A stretch of 64,000 nucleotides of DNA from assembly GCA_937930535.1 (NCBI GenBank), contig CALGKJ010000130.1, forward strand, positions 6,168 through 70,167. Direction: 5' to 3'. The notes under the pieces are model-generated. The model was not told the origin of the DNA and made no database searches. It saw only the letters and a list, made by a program, of their open reading frames with translations. This document shows, piece by piece, positions 1 to 10,395 of the stretch. Each line of letters starts with the position of its first letter. The stretch's first letter is position 1. The stretch is from an uncultured Clostridia bacterium. Lineage in GTDB: Bacteria > Bacillota > Clostridia > Lutisporales > Lutisporaceae. Position numbers and translations under genes: made by a program.

Positions 1-48
1 CTTATTAAAGTGTTGCGGATATATATATATACTGAGGAGGAATTTTTA

Positions 49-819
49 TTGTCATACAATAAAGCAAATATTAGCGGAGTTTTAGCTCATTCTGCATCTA
101 CACAAAATGTATTAGTAATTGAAGATGAAATTCATATACAGGAGCTAATCAAATATAATCTGGAAAAAAATAATTATAAAGTAACTATCGCAGATAATGG
201 CTTGGAAGGGTTAAATGAGGCTTTCACTAATGTGCCTGATGTTATTTTACTTGATATTATGCTGCCAGGACTGGATGGACTTGAGGTATGCAAACGATTA
301 AGAAATAATAAGCTTACTAAAAAAATACCAATTATTATGCTTACGGCAAAATCAGAAGAATTTGACAAGGTACTTGGCTTGGAGCTTGGTGCAGATGACT
401 ATATTACAAAGCCCTTTAGTGTTAAGGAATTAGTAGCAAGGGTCAGAGCAAGGCTTAGAAGAGTTGAGGAAGATATAGTAGTTCCAGCAAAAAGTGATAT
501 TGCAGGAAGCGTAATAAAAATCGGAGAAATAGAAATTGACAAGGAAAAATATGAGGTGCGAAAAAACGGCGACAAAATTTCTTTAACGCTAAAGGAATTT
601 GAACTGCTGCATATACTGGCTGAGAATCGTGGCAAGGTACTGACGAGAGATTTTCTGCTTGATAAAGTATGGGGATATGATTATATAGGCGAGACAAGGA
701 CGGTTGACGTGCATATCAGGCATTTACGTCAAAAAATTGGGGATGATGAAGGCAGCAGTCAGCTTATTGAAACAATAAGAGGTGTGGGGTACAGGCTGAA
801 TGAAAGTCTGTTAGAATAG
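49..819 (+). CDS. phoP: OmpR/PhoB-family response regulator of the phosphate regulon (PhoP-like)
   Basis: Has a receiver domain (VLVIEDE, DVILLDIMLPGLDG) and a winged-helix output domain (RTVDVHIRHLRQKI, IETIRGVGYRL). It lies directly upstream of a PhoR-like kinase and the pst genes. The ORF track starts at 10 (GTG), but GAGGAGG at 34-40 favours TTG at 49. Confidence 0.9.
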   Translation: MSYNKANISGVLAHSASTQNVLVIEDEIHIQELIKYNLEKNNYKVTIADNGLEGLNEAFTNVPDVILLDIMLPGLDGLEVCKRLRNNKLTKKIPIIMLTAKSEEFDKVLGLELGADDYITKPFSVKELVARVRARLRRVEEDIVVPAKSDIAGSVIKIGEIEIDKEKYEVRKNGDKISLTLKEFELLHILAENRGKVLTRDFLLDKVWGYDYIGETRTVDVHIRHLRQKIGDDEGSSQLIETIRGVGYRLNESLLE

Positions 820-834
820 TAAGCAGGTGATATA

Positions 835-2610
835 ATGCAAAAGAAAATATTTTTTAATTTTGTAATTATTTTGCTTGTTGGAGTGCTTATATCAGGATTT
901 TTATCAGTAAGGATTATTCAAAGCTATTATAATAGTACAATTGTACAGAAGATGGAATCTAATTCCTATTTGATAAAAGATTTAATAGGACATAAGCTTA
1001 TAAATGGAGAAAAGGAACAGCTGGATAAGTACTTACTTGAAATAAAGGATGCTGTTCTAGCTCGAATAACTATTATAGATATAAATGGAATTGTCTTAAA
1101 TGATACTGATAGAGATTCCAGTACAATGGAAAATCACTCAGACAGGCCGGAGATAAAGCAAGCTTTGGCTGGAAGAACTGGAAATTCCAAAAGATACAGC
1201 AATACCTTAAAAACTCATCTTTTATATATTGCTCAGCCACTATATTCAAATGGCAGTATACAAGGGGTATTAAGGCTTTCAACTCCATTATATGAAATTA
1301 ATAGTATAGTGGGCAAGCTGTATAGAAGCACAATAATTTCTATTATAACGGGTCTGCTTGTTGCATCTTTTTTAGGCTTTAGGGTAGCTGTAAGAATAAC
1401 TAAACCAATTAAGGAAATTACACAGATTGCATCTCTTATAACAAAAGGGCAGTTTGAAAAAAGAATCAACCTAATTGAAGAAGACGAAATAGGTCAATTA
1501 GCAAGCTCCATAAATTTTATGGCGTCTACTTTAAATGATACTATTAATAGCATTAAAGACAAAAACATTAAAATGGAAGCAACTTTGTCTAGTGTTATGA
1601 ATGGGATAATTGCTATTGATAGCAAAAACAAAATCCTTTTTATAAATCCAGTAGCCTTTAGTTTATTAAATATAAAGGATAAGGATATTATTGGAAAGCA
1701 TTTTTTGCAAGTAGTACGTAATAATCAATTGGATGATTTTTTAAAAACAATTATTAAAGAAAGTAATTTTCAGGATATAGAAATTTGTTTAGACTATCCT
1801 GAGGAAAAAATATTAAAGATATATACAAATCCAATTAGGCATATTGATAAAGAAGATGTAATGGGTATAATTATTGTTGTTCAAGATATAACAGAGCTAA
1901 GAAAGCTGGAGAGAATGCGCAGTGAGTTTGTTGCGAATGTTTCTCATGAACTGAAGACTCCGTTAACCTCAATAAAGGGCTTCGTAGAAACCTTAAAAGG
2001 TGGAGCAATTGAAGATCAGGAGGCAGCAATTAAGTTTTTGAATATAATCGAGGATGAAGCAGATAGGCTTAATAGGCTTATATCCGATATATTATCTCTT
2101 TCTGAGCTGGAGAATAAAAAGAACAGAAACAATTTTGAGACCATAGATATTAATAATACTATACTTGAAGTAGTTTCAATGCTAACAAATCAAGCTATGA
2201 AAAAGAATATTATTGTTTCATCAGATTTAACGAAGCACATAATGCAGATTTATGGCGATAAAGATAAGTTTAAGCAAATGATTATTAATTTATTAGACAA
2301 TGCTATAAAGTATACTCCTGATAATGGGAAGGTAAAGGTACAAGCGTATGATAATGCTAACAGCATTATTATTAATATAATAGATAATGGAATTGGAATA
2401 TCAAAGGAGCATATTCCAAGGCTGTTTGAAAGATTTTATAGAGTTGATAGAGCAAGGTCAAGAAGAGTAGGTGGAACAGGCCTAGGTTTGGCTATTGTAA
2501 AATATATTATAAAGCTGTTTAATGGAGAAATAAATGTAGAAAGCACTGTAGGAAAGGGTACCAAGTTTCAAATTATACTGCCTCACAATATTTATAATGA
2601 TAACAAGTAA
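835..2610 (+). CDS. phoR: Sensor histidine kinase, PhoR-like (TM-sensor-TM, HAMP, PAS, HisKA, HATPase_c)
   Basis: Has an N-terminal TM helix, H-box FVANVSHELKTPLTSI, N-box LLDNAIKYT, G-boxes DNGIGI and GGTGLGLAIV. It is adjacent to the response regulator gene, separated by a 15-nt gap. Confidence 0.9.
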   Translation: MQKKIFFNFVIILLVGVLISGFLSVRIIQSYYNSTIVQKMESNSYLIKDLIGHKLINGEKEQLDKYLLEIKDAVLARITIIDINGIVLNDTDRDSSTMENHSDRPEIKQALAGRTGNSKRYSNTLKTHLLYIAQPLYSNGSIQGVLRLSTPLYEINSIVGKLYRSTIISIITGLLVASFLGFRVAVRITKPIKEITQIASLITKGQFEKRINLIEEDEIGQLASSINFMASTLNDTINSIKDKNIKMEATLSSVMNGIIAIDSKNKILFINPVAFSLLNIKDKDIIGKHFLQVVRNNQLDDFLKTIIKESNFQDIEICLDYPEEKILKIYTNPIRHIDKEDVMGIIIVVQDITELRKLERMRSEFVANVSHELKTPLTSIKGFVETLKGGAIEDQEAAIKFLNIIEDEADRLNRLISDILSLSELENKKNRNNFETIDINNTILEVVSMLTNQAMKKNIIVSSDLTKHIMQIYGDKDKFKQMIINLLDNAIKYTPDNGKVKVQAYDNANSIIINIIDNGIGISKEHIPRLFERFYRVDRARSRRVGGTGLGLAIVKYIIKLFNGEINVESTVGKGTKFQIILPHNIYNDNK

Positions 2611-2629
2611 ATGGATAAATTTGTAATAA

Positions 2630-2680
2630 AAAAGCTCAAACCGTTGGAATTACTTATTCGGTTTGAGCTTTTTTATTTTT
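2630..2680 (+). terminator. Rho-independent terminator after phoR
   Basis: Stem AAAAGCTCAAACCG / CGGTTTGAGCTTTT followed by a T-run. Confidence 0.8.
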
Positions 2681-2681
2681 G

Positions 2682-2742
2682 TTTACACTCATTTAACATT
2701 ACCTTTTTTATTGCTTAACAATTTCTTTATTATGCGTTAACA
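2682..2742 (+). promoter_or_regulatory. PhoP-box array (TTWACA-like hexamers at 11-bp periodicity) upstream of pstS
   Basis: TTTACA-n5-TTAACA-n5-TTTTTT-n5-TTAACA-n5-TTTATT-n5-TTAACA at 2682, 2693, 2704, 2715, 2726 and 2737. This matches the Bacillus PhoP direct-repeat architecture TT(A/T/C)ACA with roughly 5-bp spacers. It lies about 70 nt upstream of the pstS start. Confidence 0.7.
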
Positions 2743-2812
2743 GTACTCATGTATATTTTATATTGTGGAACACAAAATACATTAATGAAAGAAATTGGGG
2801 AGGAATTAGAAA

Positions 2813-3808
2813 ATGAATTTCAAAAAAATAATCGCAATTGTATGTAGTATGTTACTACTAGCAGGTGTATTAGCAGGATGCGGAAATAATGCTGATACAA
2901 ATAATGCAAATGATACTGGCTCAACAGCTCAACCAGCAGAAAAGCTTGATGGTAAAGTAATAATAGATGGATCTGGTACAGTATATCCTTTGATGGCTAA
3001 TATAGCAGAAGAGTATATGAGCAATGTACAATCCAGAGTAAGTGCACAGGTTGGCAGAGCGGGATCAAGCGCAGGCTTTAAGAAATTCATACCAGGCGAA
3101 TTAGACTTCTCAAATGCATCAAGAAAGATTAAAGATGAAGAAGCCGCTGCTGCAAAGGAAAAGGGAATAGAATACATGGAAATCAAAGTAGCTCTTGACG
3201 GTTTAACAATGGTTATCAATAAGGAAAACACTTGGGCAAAAGAAATGACAAAAGACGAAATAATTAATATGTATTTATCAGGAAAATATAAAGCAGATGA
3301 CAAAGTACTTTGGTCTGATATTAGAGCTGATTGGCCAAAGGAGGAGGTCAAATTCTACGGTCCTAACGAAAATCACGGAACATATGAATTCTTCCATGAG
3401 ACAATTCTTAAGAAGCAAGATATGGTTAAAACTGCTAATCTTCAACAAGAATACTCAACATTAGTTGACTTAGTTTCAAAAGATAAAAATGCAATTGCAT
3501 TCTTTGGATTTGGCTACTATATTACAAATACTGATAAGCTTACTGCAGTAAAGGTTGACTTTGGTAATGGCCCAGTAGAGCCTACATTAGAGACAATCGG
3601 TGAAGAACTTCCATATGCTGGATTTACTCGTCCTGTATTTACTTACCTGAATGTGAACTATGCAAAAGAGAAGCCGCAAGTACTTGACTTTGCTAAATAC
3701 GTTGTATCAGCTGAAGGCTGCAAGAGATTGGCGGGTCAAAATGGATTTGCTCCACTGCCAGATTCTGTATACGCTGAATATCAGAAACAATTAGATGCTT
3801 TGAAATAG
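2813..3808 (+). CDS. pstS: Phosphate ABC transporter substrate-binding lipoprotein PstS
   Basis: Has a lipobox LLAGVLAGC and the PBP motif DGSGTVYPL...RAGSSAGF. It is followed by pstC, pstA and pstB. RBS GGGGAGGAA. Confidence 0.92.
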   Translation: MNFKKIIAIVCSMLLLAGVLAGCGNNADTNNANDTGSTAQPAEKLDGKVIIDGSGTVYPLMANIAEEYMSNVQSRVSAQVGRAGSSAGFKKFIPGELDFSNASRKIKDEEAAAAKEKGIEYMEIKVALDGLTMVINKENTWAKEMTKDEIINMYLSGKYKADDKVLWSDIRADWPKEEVKFYGPNENHGTYEFFHETILKKQDMVKTANLQQEYSTLVDLVSKDKNAIAFFGFGYYITNTDKLTAVKVDFGNGPVEPTLETIGEELPYAGFTRPVFTYLNVNYAKEKPQVLDFAKYVVSAEGCKRLAGQNGFAPLPDSVYAEYQKQLDALK

Positions 3809-3839
3809 TAGAATAAAGAAATTTGCTATAAATTATTAG

Positions 3840-3865
3840 GACGAGGAGATATATTTCTTCTCGTC
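3840..3865 (+). terminator. Hairpin after pstS (attenuator or terminator, weak U-tract)
   Basis: 10-bp stem GACGAGGAGA / TCTTCTCGTC with a 6-nt loop. Only TT follows the stem. Confidence 0.45.
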
Positions 3866-3881
3866 TTAATGAGATTAAGTA

Positions 3882-3905
3882 AATTTAATTTTGAAGTTGT
3901 TTCTC
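3882..3905 (-). repeat. Dispersed repeat module M1, inverted copy (reverse complement GAGAAACAACTTCAAAATTAAATT)
   Basis: 24/24 identical to 47944-47967 in the opposite orientation. The copy at 48093-48116 has one mismatch. Confidence 0.8.
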
Positions 3906-3940
3906 ACAAAGAGATTAGCAACTCTTAACGAAAAATATTT

Positions 3941-3967
3941 GAGTTTTAGAGTTGGTTATCTATAATA
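3941..3967 (+). repeat. Dispersed repeat module M2 (GAGTTTTAGAGTTGGTTATCTATAATA)
   Basis: A 27-nt perfect copy also sits at 5851-5877, and a 20-nt copy at 48130-48149. A near copy lies on the minus strand at 17563-17582. Confidence 0.85.
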
Positions 3968-3979
3968 TGGAGGGTTTTA

Positions 3980-4903
3980 GTGATGAATTTTATTAATAAG
4001 AAACAGATATTTAATAAAAGAGCTGGTACATGGTCAAGAAAATTTGAAAAAATTATTCCTGGTATTTTGCTGCTGATAGCTTCAATATCAATATTGACAT
4101 CCATTGGAATTGTATTGACTTTAGTCATAGATGCTTCTCATTTTTTTAGAGCAGTGCCATTAAGAGAGATTTTTAGCACAAAACTAGCCCCTTTAAAAGA
4201 AAACCCTTCCTTTGGCTTTTTGCCTTTGATTGCTGGAACTTTTGTTACTTCAGCAATTGCAATGATAGTAGCAATACCAATAGGATTAACTGCTGCAATG
4301 TATTTAAGTGAGTTTATATCACCCAAGAGAAGAAAGATACTAAAGCCAATCATAGAGGTTTTAGCAGGAATTCCAACTATAGTATACGGTTTTTTCGCTT
4401 ACTCATTTGTTACGCCATTATTAATGAAGATCATTCCGGGCTTAGAAGCGAAAAATGCACTTAGTCCTGGTATCGTAATGGGAATAATGATAATACCATT
4501 AGTTACTTCCTTATCAGAAGATGCCATGAATGCTGTTCCTAATTCTATTCGAGAAGGTGCTTTGGCACTTGGAGCAACACGATTAGAAGTTACAATAAAG
4601 GTTATCGTTCCTGCTGCTATCTCTGGAATCATTGCCTCTTTCGTATTAGCTATTTCAAGAGCCATTGGAGAAACTATGATTGTTGCAATTGCAAGTGGTA
4701 GTGCAAAGAACTTTACACTTAACTTTACTCAGCCAATGCAAACAATGACAGCCTATATTGTTGAGTTTACAAGTGGAGATGCAGGCAGTGGGACTATTGG
4801 ATATTACAGCTTATATGCTGTAGGGCTTTTACTTTTCACTTTTACACTTTTTATGAATTTAGGGGCAAATTATATTACAAAAAAATATAGGAAGGAATAT
4901 TAA
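3980..4903 (+). CDS. pstC: Phosphate ABC transporter permease PstC
   Basis: Multi-TM protein with the EAA-type loop (SLSEDAMNAVPNSIREGALALGATRLE). RBS GGAGGG at 3969-3974. The start is GTG 3980 or ATG 3983. Confidence 0.9.
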   Translation: MMNFINKKQIFNKRAGTWSRKFEKIIPGILLLIASISILTSIGIVLTLVIDASHFFRAVPLREIFSTKLAPLKENPSFGFLPLIAGTFVTSAIAMIVAIPIGLTAAMYLSEFISPKRRKILKPIIEVLAGIPTIVYGFFAYSFVTPLLMKIIPGLEAKNALSPGIVMGIMIIPLVTSLSEDAMNAVPNSIREGALALGATRLEVTIKVIVPAAISGIIASFVLAISRAIGETMIVAIASGSAKNFTLNFTQPMQTMTAYIVEFTSGDAGSGTIGYYSLYAVGLLLFTFTLFMNLGANYITKKYRKEY

Positions 4904-4905
4904 AC

Positions 4906-5844
4906 ATGAGAGAAACTTCATATATTCATAATACTAATAAAGATAGTAAGAATGGAGTAATAACTTATATCGATAATGAGCTGGCTCACAAAAGAATGAA
5001 AAAAAGGATTATGATGGATAAGGCAGCTAGAATCATATTTTCATTTACAATTGTATTCGCATTGTTTGTACTTGTCTTATTGATATATAGAGTAGTCAGT
5101 CAGAGTATTGGATGGTTGGATTTTCAGTTTTTAACAAGTAAATTATCTATATCCGCTGAAAAGGCTGGTATAAAAGGTGTTATAGTCGGGTCTATTTTGC
5201 TTATGGCAATTGTTGCACCTGTAACATTACTTTTAGGATTAGCAACTGCTATACACATGGAGGAATACTCAAAAAAGGGAGTAATTCAATCCTTGATTAA
5301 TACCAATATTTCCAATTTATCCGGTGTCCCTTCAGTAATATTCGGCTTGCTAGGATTGACGGTATTTGGAAGATTGCTTAATTTAGGTTCTACTGTTCTT
5401 GCAGGGGGATTGACAATGTCATTATTGGTTCTGCCTATTGTTGTTGTTGCCAGTCAAGAAGCTATAAAAGCAGTACCTAATTCTCTAAGGGACGCCTCTT
5501 ATGCTTTAGGTGCTACAAAGTGGACAACTATTAGGAGAATCGTTTTGCCTAGTGCGTTGCCTGGTATTATGACAGGCTCCATCTTATCACTTTCAAGAGC
5601 TATTGGAGAAACTGCCCCTTTGGTTGTTCTGGGTATACCAACATTAATATTAACAACACCTAATAGTTTTATGGATGACTTTACAGCTCTTCCTATTCAA
5701 ATATATTATTGGACACTTGATACTGTTTTAACTAAGGAATATGCCAATTTAGCAGCTGCTACTATAGCAGTGCTGTTGATGCTTCTATTCTTAATGAATT
5801 CAATCGCAATCATTATAAGAAACAAATTTCAAAGACGGTATTAA
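4906..5844 (+). CDS. pstA: Phosphate ABC transporter permease PstA
   Basis: Multi-TM protein with the EAA loop (ASQEAIKAVPNSLRDASYALGATKW). It starts 2 nt after the pstC stop. Confidence 0.9.
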   Translation: MRETSYIHNTNKDSKNGVITYIDNELAHKRMKKRIMMDKAARIIFSFTIVFALFVLVLLIYRVVSQSIGWLDFQFLTSKLSISAEKAGIKGVIVGSILLMAIVAPVTLLLGLATAIHMEEYSKKGVIQSLINTNISNLSGVPSVIFGLLGLTVFGRLLNLGSTVLAGGLTMSLLVLPIVVVASQEAIKAVPNSLRDASYALGATKWTTIRRIVLPSALPGIMTGSILSLSRAIGETAPLVVLGIPTLILTTPNSFMDDFTALPIQIYYWTLDTVLTKEYANLAAATIAVLLMLLFLMNSIAIIIRNKFQRRY

Positions 5845-5850
5845 GAATAT

Positions 5851-5877
5851 GAGTTTTAGAGTTGGTTATCTATAATA
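5851..5877 (+). repeat. Dispersed repeat module M2, second perfect copy
   Basis: Identical 27-mer to 3941-3967. It lies in the 163-nt pstA-pstB spacer. Confidence 0.85.
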
Positions 5878-6007
5878 ATATAAAATGTATTTATATTTTT
5901 CAAAGTTTGAGACAATTGCTTAAATAGAATGAAAGTATACGAATAGAAAACACTATTGCAATAGACGTATAAATTGCTTTACAAGTCGCATATAAGGGGG
6001 ATTTTGA

Positions 6008-6760
6008 ATGTCAGTAAATAAAATAGAAGTTAACCACTTGAATTTGCATTATGGGGATTTTCATGCATTAAAGGATATAGGAATTAATATTGGAGAAAAT
6101 GCAGTAACAGCATTGATAGGACCTTCCGGTTGCGGTAAATCAACCTTTCTGAGAACTCTAAACAGAATGAATGATCTTATTGATGGTGTTACAATTACTG
6201 GTGACATTTCACTTGATGGTAAAGATATTAAGAAGTACGATGTAATTGAACTTAGAAAAAGGGTAGGTATGGTATTTCAGAAGCCCAACCCATTCCCTAT
6301 GACAATATATGATAATGTTGTATACGGACCCAAAATACATGGCTTAAGAGATAGGAAAAAATTGGATGAGTTGGTTGAGAAAAGCTTAAAGGGTGCAGCA
6401 CTATGGGATGAAGTTAAGGATAGATTAAACAAACCTGCACTTGGTCTTTCTGGAGGACAACAGCAAAGACTGTGTATAGCAAGAGTGCTAGCTGTTGAAC
6501 CAGAGGTACTATTGATGGATGAACCAACTTCAGCATTGGATCCAGGCTCCACATTGAAAATAGAAGACCTTATGGAGCAATTAAAGAAAAACTATACTGT
6601 TGTCATAGTAACACATAATATGCAGCAGGCTGGAAGAATTTCTGATTATACTGCATTTTTTCTCAATGGAGAAATTGTAGAAAGTGACTTGACGGAAAAT
6701 ATTTTTTATAAGCCAAGAGATAAAAGAACAGAAGATTACATTACAGGAAGATTTGGTTAA
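6008..6760 (+). CDS. pstB: Phosphate ABC transporter ATP-binding protein PstB
   Basis: Walker [10 protein letters not shown], signature LSGGQQQR, Walker [12 protein letters not shown], and a typical PstB C-terminus ([10 protein letters not shown]). Confidence 0.95.
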   Translation: MSVNKIEVNHLNLHYGDFHALKDIGINIGENAVTALIGPSGCGKSTFLRTLNRMNDLIDGVTITGDISLDGKDIKKYDVIELRKRVGMVFQKPNPFPMTIYDNVVYGPKIHGLRDRKKLDELVEKSLKGAALWDEVKDRLNKPALGLSGGQQQRLCIARVLAVEPEVLLMDEPTSALDPGSTLKIEDLMEQLKKNYTVVIVTHNMQQAGRISDYTAFFLNGEIVESDLTENIFYKPRDKRTEDYITGRFG

Positions 6761-6800
6761 AATAGTGTATGACGAATTATTTATTAAAAGGAGGATTAAC

Positions 6801-7457
6801 ATGACTAGAAACTATTTTGATAAGGAGCTTCAAGAGTTGCAGCTATCCCTGATAAAAATGAGCAGTGTAGTAGAGGAAGCACTTCTTAATGCTATAAAAG
6901 CTCTCAAGAATCAGGATGTTGAGCTGGCTAAAAAGGTTATAGAATCTGATGATATACCAGATAAAATGGAGTTTGAAATCGAGGATAAATGCTTTAAGCT
7001 TATTGCGTTACAGCAGCCAATGGCTAAGGATCTTAGAATGATTGCAACTGCCTTAAAAATAATAACAGATCTTGAGAGAATAGCAGATCATGCAGTTGAT
7101 ATTTCAAAGATTACAATAAAGCTGGCTAATGAAAAGTATATAAAAGAGCTTATAGATATACCCAGAATGGGTGAAATTGCAAGCAGCATGGTAAAGGACT
7201 GTATAGATGCCTATGTAAATCAGGATATAGAAAAGGCTAAGGAAATATCTAAAAAGGATGACGAGGTAGACGCTTTACATGCACAGATTTTCAGGGAGCT
7301 GCTGCTTATTATGATGGAGGATCCTAAAAAAATAACTCAAGGTACTTACTTTCTTTTTGTAAGCAAGTACCTTGAAAGGGTGGCAGATCACGTAACCAAC
7401 ATCTGCGAGAGAATAATATATTCAGTTACAAGTGAGCACCTTAACTTAAATGATTAG
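6801..7457 (+). CDS. phoU: Phosphate signalling complex protein PhoU
   Basis: Two PhoU repeats with E(R)xADH motifs (DLERIADHAVDI and YLERVADHVTNI). AGGAGG precedes ATG 6801. The ORF-track start at 6753 overlaps pstB and lacks an RBS. Confidence 0.9.
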   Translation: MTRNYFDKELQELQLSLIKMSSVVEEALLNAIKALKNQDVELAKKVIESDDIPDKMEFEIEDKCFKLIALQQPMAKDLRMIATALKIITDLERIADHAVDISKITIKLANEKYIKELIDIPRMGEIASSMVKDCIDAYVNQDIEKAKEISKKDDEVDALHAQIFRELLLIMMEDPKKITQGTYFLFVSKYLERVADHVTNICERIIYSVTSEHLNLND

Positions 7458-7496
7458 GGGGCGGCAAAATATATAAATACATTGTAAATCTTATAA

Positions 7497-7524
7497 ATAT
7501 GTCAAATGACATATTTTTCTTTTT
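7497..7524 (+). terminator. Rho-independent terminator after phoU
   Basis: Stem ATATGTCA / TGACATAT followed by TTTTCTTTTT. Confidence 0.65.
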
Positions 7525-7703
7525 GTCAGGCAATGATATATATAATGTTATAATTGGTTAACTGCTATATGGGAATTTAAAACTTTTATCATAATAATTT
7601 ACTTTAGGTGTATGATTCATTGTGGTATAATTAAAAGTATGTGCCAGAATTGAATATAAGTAAACAACTTATATATTTACAAATGTAAAAGGAGGAAATT
7701 TGA

Positions 7704-9035
7704 TTGAAGGGAAATGGGGTACACATAAAGGATGTACTTCCTGATAGTATAGCTTATGAGCTGGGAATAGAAAAGGGAGACAGGCTGAGAACTATAAATG
7801 GAGTAGAAGTTAAGGATATATTGGAATATAAATTTCTAACAACTGATGAGTTTTTAGAGCTTGAGGTTGAGAAGCCAGATGGGGAAGTATGGATTTTAGA
7901 GCTGGAAAAGGATTATGATGAGGACATAGGTATATTGTTTGAAGGCATTATTGATAAGCCTCGTTCCTGTCATAATAAATGTATTTTTTGCTTTATTGAT
8001 CAATTGCCAAAGGACATGCGAAAAACCCTTTATTTTAAGGATGACGATACAAGACTTTCTTTTTTGCAGGGAAATTTTGTATCAATGACAAATTTGAGCA
8101 GCATTGATATTAATAGAATTATAAAATATAGGATTAGTCCTATTAATGTATCAGTACATACAACAGACCCCGAGCTTAGAAAGAAAATGCTCAATAACAA
8201 AAACGCCGGCAAAATAATGGATTACCTAAAAAAACTTAAGGATAACGGAATTCAGATGAAGGCTCAAATCGTACTCTGTCCTGAAATAAATGATGGAGAT
8301 GCATTAAAGAAAACTATATCAGATTTATCTGGATTATACCCTGAGCTAAGCTGTGCAGCCGTTGTTCCGGTTGGTCTTACCAAATATCGGGATGGATTGT
8401 TTCAATTGAGGGAGTATGATTCGGAGGGAGCACAGAAAGTTATACAGCAGGTAAATGACATGCAGAATCAGTTCCTTAAGAGCTTAGAAACTAGATTCGT
8501 GTTTTTATCCGATGAATTTTATTTGATTTCAAAAGCTGATTTGCCAGAATATGAAGAATATGAAGGCTTTCCCCAGCTTGAAAATGGAGTAGGATTAATT
8601 TCTTTATTTGAATGTGAAATTAATGAAACATTAAAGAATGTAGACACGTATATTACAGAGTGTAACAAAAACATCCATATTGTTACAGGAAAATATGCAG
8701 AGGAGTATATAAATAAAGCAGTATTAAAAATTAAAGAAAAAATAAACAATATCAATATAAATGTAGCAGCAATTGAAAACAATTTTTTTGGAAATGGAGT
8801 TAAAGTATCTGGACTTTTGACTGGCAGAGATATAATGGAGCAGTTAACGCCTCAGTTAAAGGAAAAGAATAATATTGTTTTATTGCCAGATAACATGCTT
8901 AGAGATGGAGAACATATTTTTTTGGATGATATAACTTTAGATGAATTGCGAGACAGTCTGAACGCAGAAGTTATAGTATGCAATCAGGATGGAAGTGACC
9001 TAATACAAAAGATAGTAGACATATGGAGGTGCTAA
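7704..9035 (+). CDS. PDZ-domain / radical-SAM-like DUF512 family protein
   Basis: N-terminal PDZ-like segment ([16 protein letters not shown]) and Cys cluster CHNKCIFCF. It occupies the conserved position immediately upstream of der, as in Clostridia. TTG start follows AGGAGG. Confidence 0.75.
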   Translation: MKGNGVHIKDVLPDSIAYELGIEKGDRLRTINGVEVKDILEYKFLTTDEFLELEVEKPDGEVWILELEKDYDEDIGILFEGIIDKPRSCHNKCIFCFIDQLPKDMRKTLYFKDDDTRLSFLQGNFVSMTNLSSIDINRIIKYRISPINVSVHTTDPELRKKMLNNKNAGKIMDYLKKLKDNGIQMKAQIVLCPEINDGDALKKTISDLSGLYPELSCAAVVPVGLTKYRDGLFQLREYDSEGAQKVIQQVNDMQNQFLKSLETRFVFLSDEFYLISKADLPEYEEYEGFPQLENGVGLISLFECEINETLKNVDTYITECNKNIHIVTGKYAEEYINKAVLKIKEKINNININVAAIENNFFGNGVKVSGLLTGRDIMEQLTPQLKEKNNIVLLPDNMLRDGEHIFLDDITLDELRDSLNAEVIVCNQDGSDLIQKIVDIWRC

Positions 9036-9036
9036 T

Positions 9037-10362
9037 ATGGCAAAACCGATAGTGGCAATTGTAGGAAGACCTAATGTAGGTAAATCTACATTGTTTAATA
9101 AAATTGCTGGAAGAAGAATATCTATAGTAGAGGATAAGCCGGGTGTAACAAGAGATAGAATATATACTGAGGTGGAGTGGCTTGACAAAACCTTTACACT
9201 TATTGATACCGGCGGTATAGAGATTGACGCAGAGGATATTATATTGAAGCAGATGAAGGTACAGGCTGAAATGGCTATTGATACTGCTGATGTTATAATG
9301 TTTATAGTTGACGGTCAGCAAGGAATAACCTCAACAGACCGTGAGGTTGCTGACATGCTTAGACGAACAAAGAAAAACGTACTGCTGGTGTGCAACAAGA
9401 TTGACGCACAAAAATATAAAGACAATGTATATGAGTTTTACAATCTTGGACTGGGAGAGCCTATTGCCATATCATCGGGTCAGGCTCTAGGACTGGGAGA
9501 TTTACTGGATGAGGTTATTAAAAGCTTTCCTGATGAACAGGATGAGGAGTATGACGAGTTTACAATAAAAGTAGCAGTAGTAGGCAAACCAAATGTGGGG
9601 AAATCCTCACTGGTTAATAAAATTCTTGGAGAGGAAAGGGTAATTGTCAGTGATATACCCGGTACTACCAGAGATGCAATTGATACTCCATTTAGTGTAG
9701 AAGATGATAAGTATGTATTTATAGATACTGCTGGTATGAGAAAAAGAGGAAAGGTATTTGAAAATATTGAAAGATACAGCGTTGTAAGATCTCTTACTGC
9801 AATAGAAAGAGCAGATGCTTGTCTTATATTAATAGATGCACAGGAGGGTGTAACAGAACAGGATACCAAGATCGCAGGCTATGTCCATGATCAGGGTAAG
9901 GCATCAATTATAGTAGTAAACAAGTGGGACTTAATTGAAAAAGATGATAAAACCATGGAAAAGTTTAAAAAGGATATAAGAAGCAACCTTCCCTTTATGA
10001 TGTATTCGCCCATATTATTTATATCTGCCCTTACAGGTCAGAGGGTACATAAAACCCTTGAATTAATAAAATACGTATCCAATCAGAGTGCAATGCGTAT
10101 TTCAACAGGTATGATAAATGATATTATCAATGAGGCAGTGCTTATGAACCAGCCAGCAATTTCAGGAGGAAGAAGGCTTAAGCTGCTTTATACCACACAG
10201 GTATCTGTAAAGCCTCCAACCTTTGCTATATTTGTAAACGATCCTTCGCTAATGCATTTTTCGTATGAAAGATATTTGGAAAACCAAATAAGAAAATCCT
10301 TTGGCTTTGAGGGAACACCAATAAGGTTTGTACTTCGCCAGAGAGAAAGAGAAAAAAGATAA
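9037..10362 (+). CDS. der: Ribosome-biogenesis GTPase Der (EngA), double G-domain
   Basis: Two P-loops (GRPNVGKST and GKPNVGKSS), two DTxG motifs and NKxD motifs (NKID, NKWD), and a KH-like C-terminus. Confidence 0.95.
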   Translation: MAKPIVAIVGRPNVGKSTLFNKIAGRRISIVEDKPGVTRDRIYTEVEWLDKTFTLIDTGGIEIDAEDIILKQMKVQAEMAIDTADVIMFIVDGQQGITSTDREVADMLRRTKKNVLLVCNKIDAQKYKDNVYEFYNLGLGEPIAISSGQALGLGDLLDEVIKSFPDEQDEEYDEFTIKVAVVGKPNVGKSSLVNKILGEERVIVSDIPGTTRDAIDTPFSVEDDKYVFIDTAGMRKRGKVFENIERYSVVRSLTAIERADACLILIDAQEGVTEQDTKIAGYVHDQGKASIIVVNKWDLIEKDDKTMEKFKKDIRSNLPFMMYSPILFISALTGQRVHKTLELIKYVSNQSAMRISTGMINDIINEAVLMNQPAISGGRRLKLLYTTQVSVKPPTFAIFVNDPSLMHFSYERYLENQIRKSFGFEGTPIRFVLRQREREKR

Positions 10363-10395
10363 TGAATAATAACAGGTTATATTAGGGGGAAAGTC

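Noticed and set aside
3938-3966. M2 read as a sigma-A promoter (TTGAGT-16 nt-TATAAT) for pstC.
   Set aside because: The -10 box ends 13 nt before the pstC start codon. A transcript from it would begin inside or after the GGAGGG RBS. The copies at 48130 and 17563 have degenerate -10 boxes. I kept it as a repeat of unknown role rather than calling a promoter.
3941-3967. The GTTTTAGAG... start of the M2 repeat resembles the 5' end of type II CRISPR repeats.
   Set aside because: The copies are kilobases apart (3941, 5851, 17563, 48130). There is no regular repeat-spacer spacing and there are no cas genes in the window. This is a dispersed intergenic repeat, not a CRISPR array.
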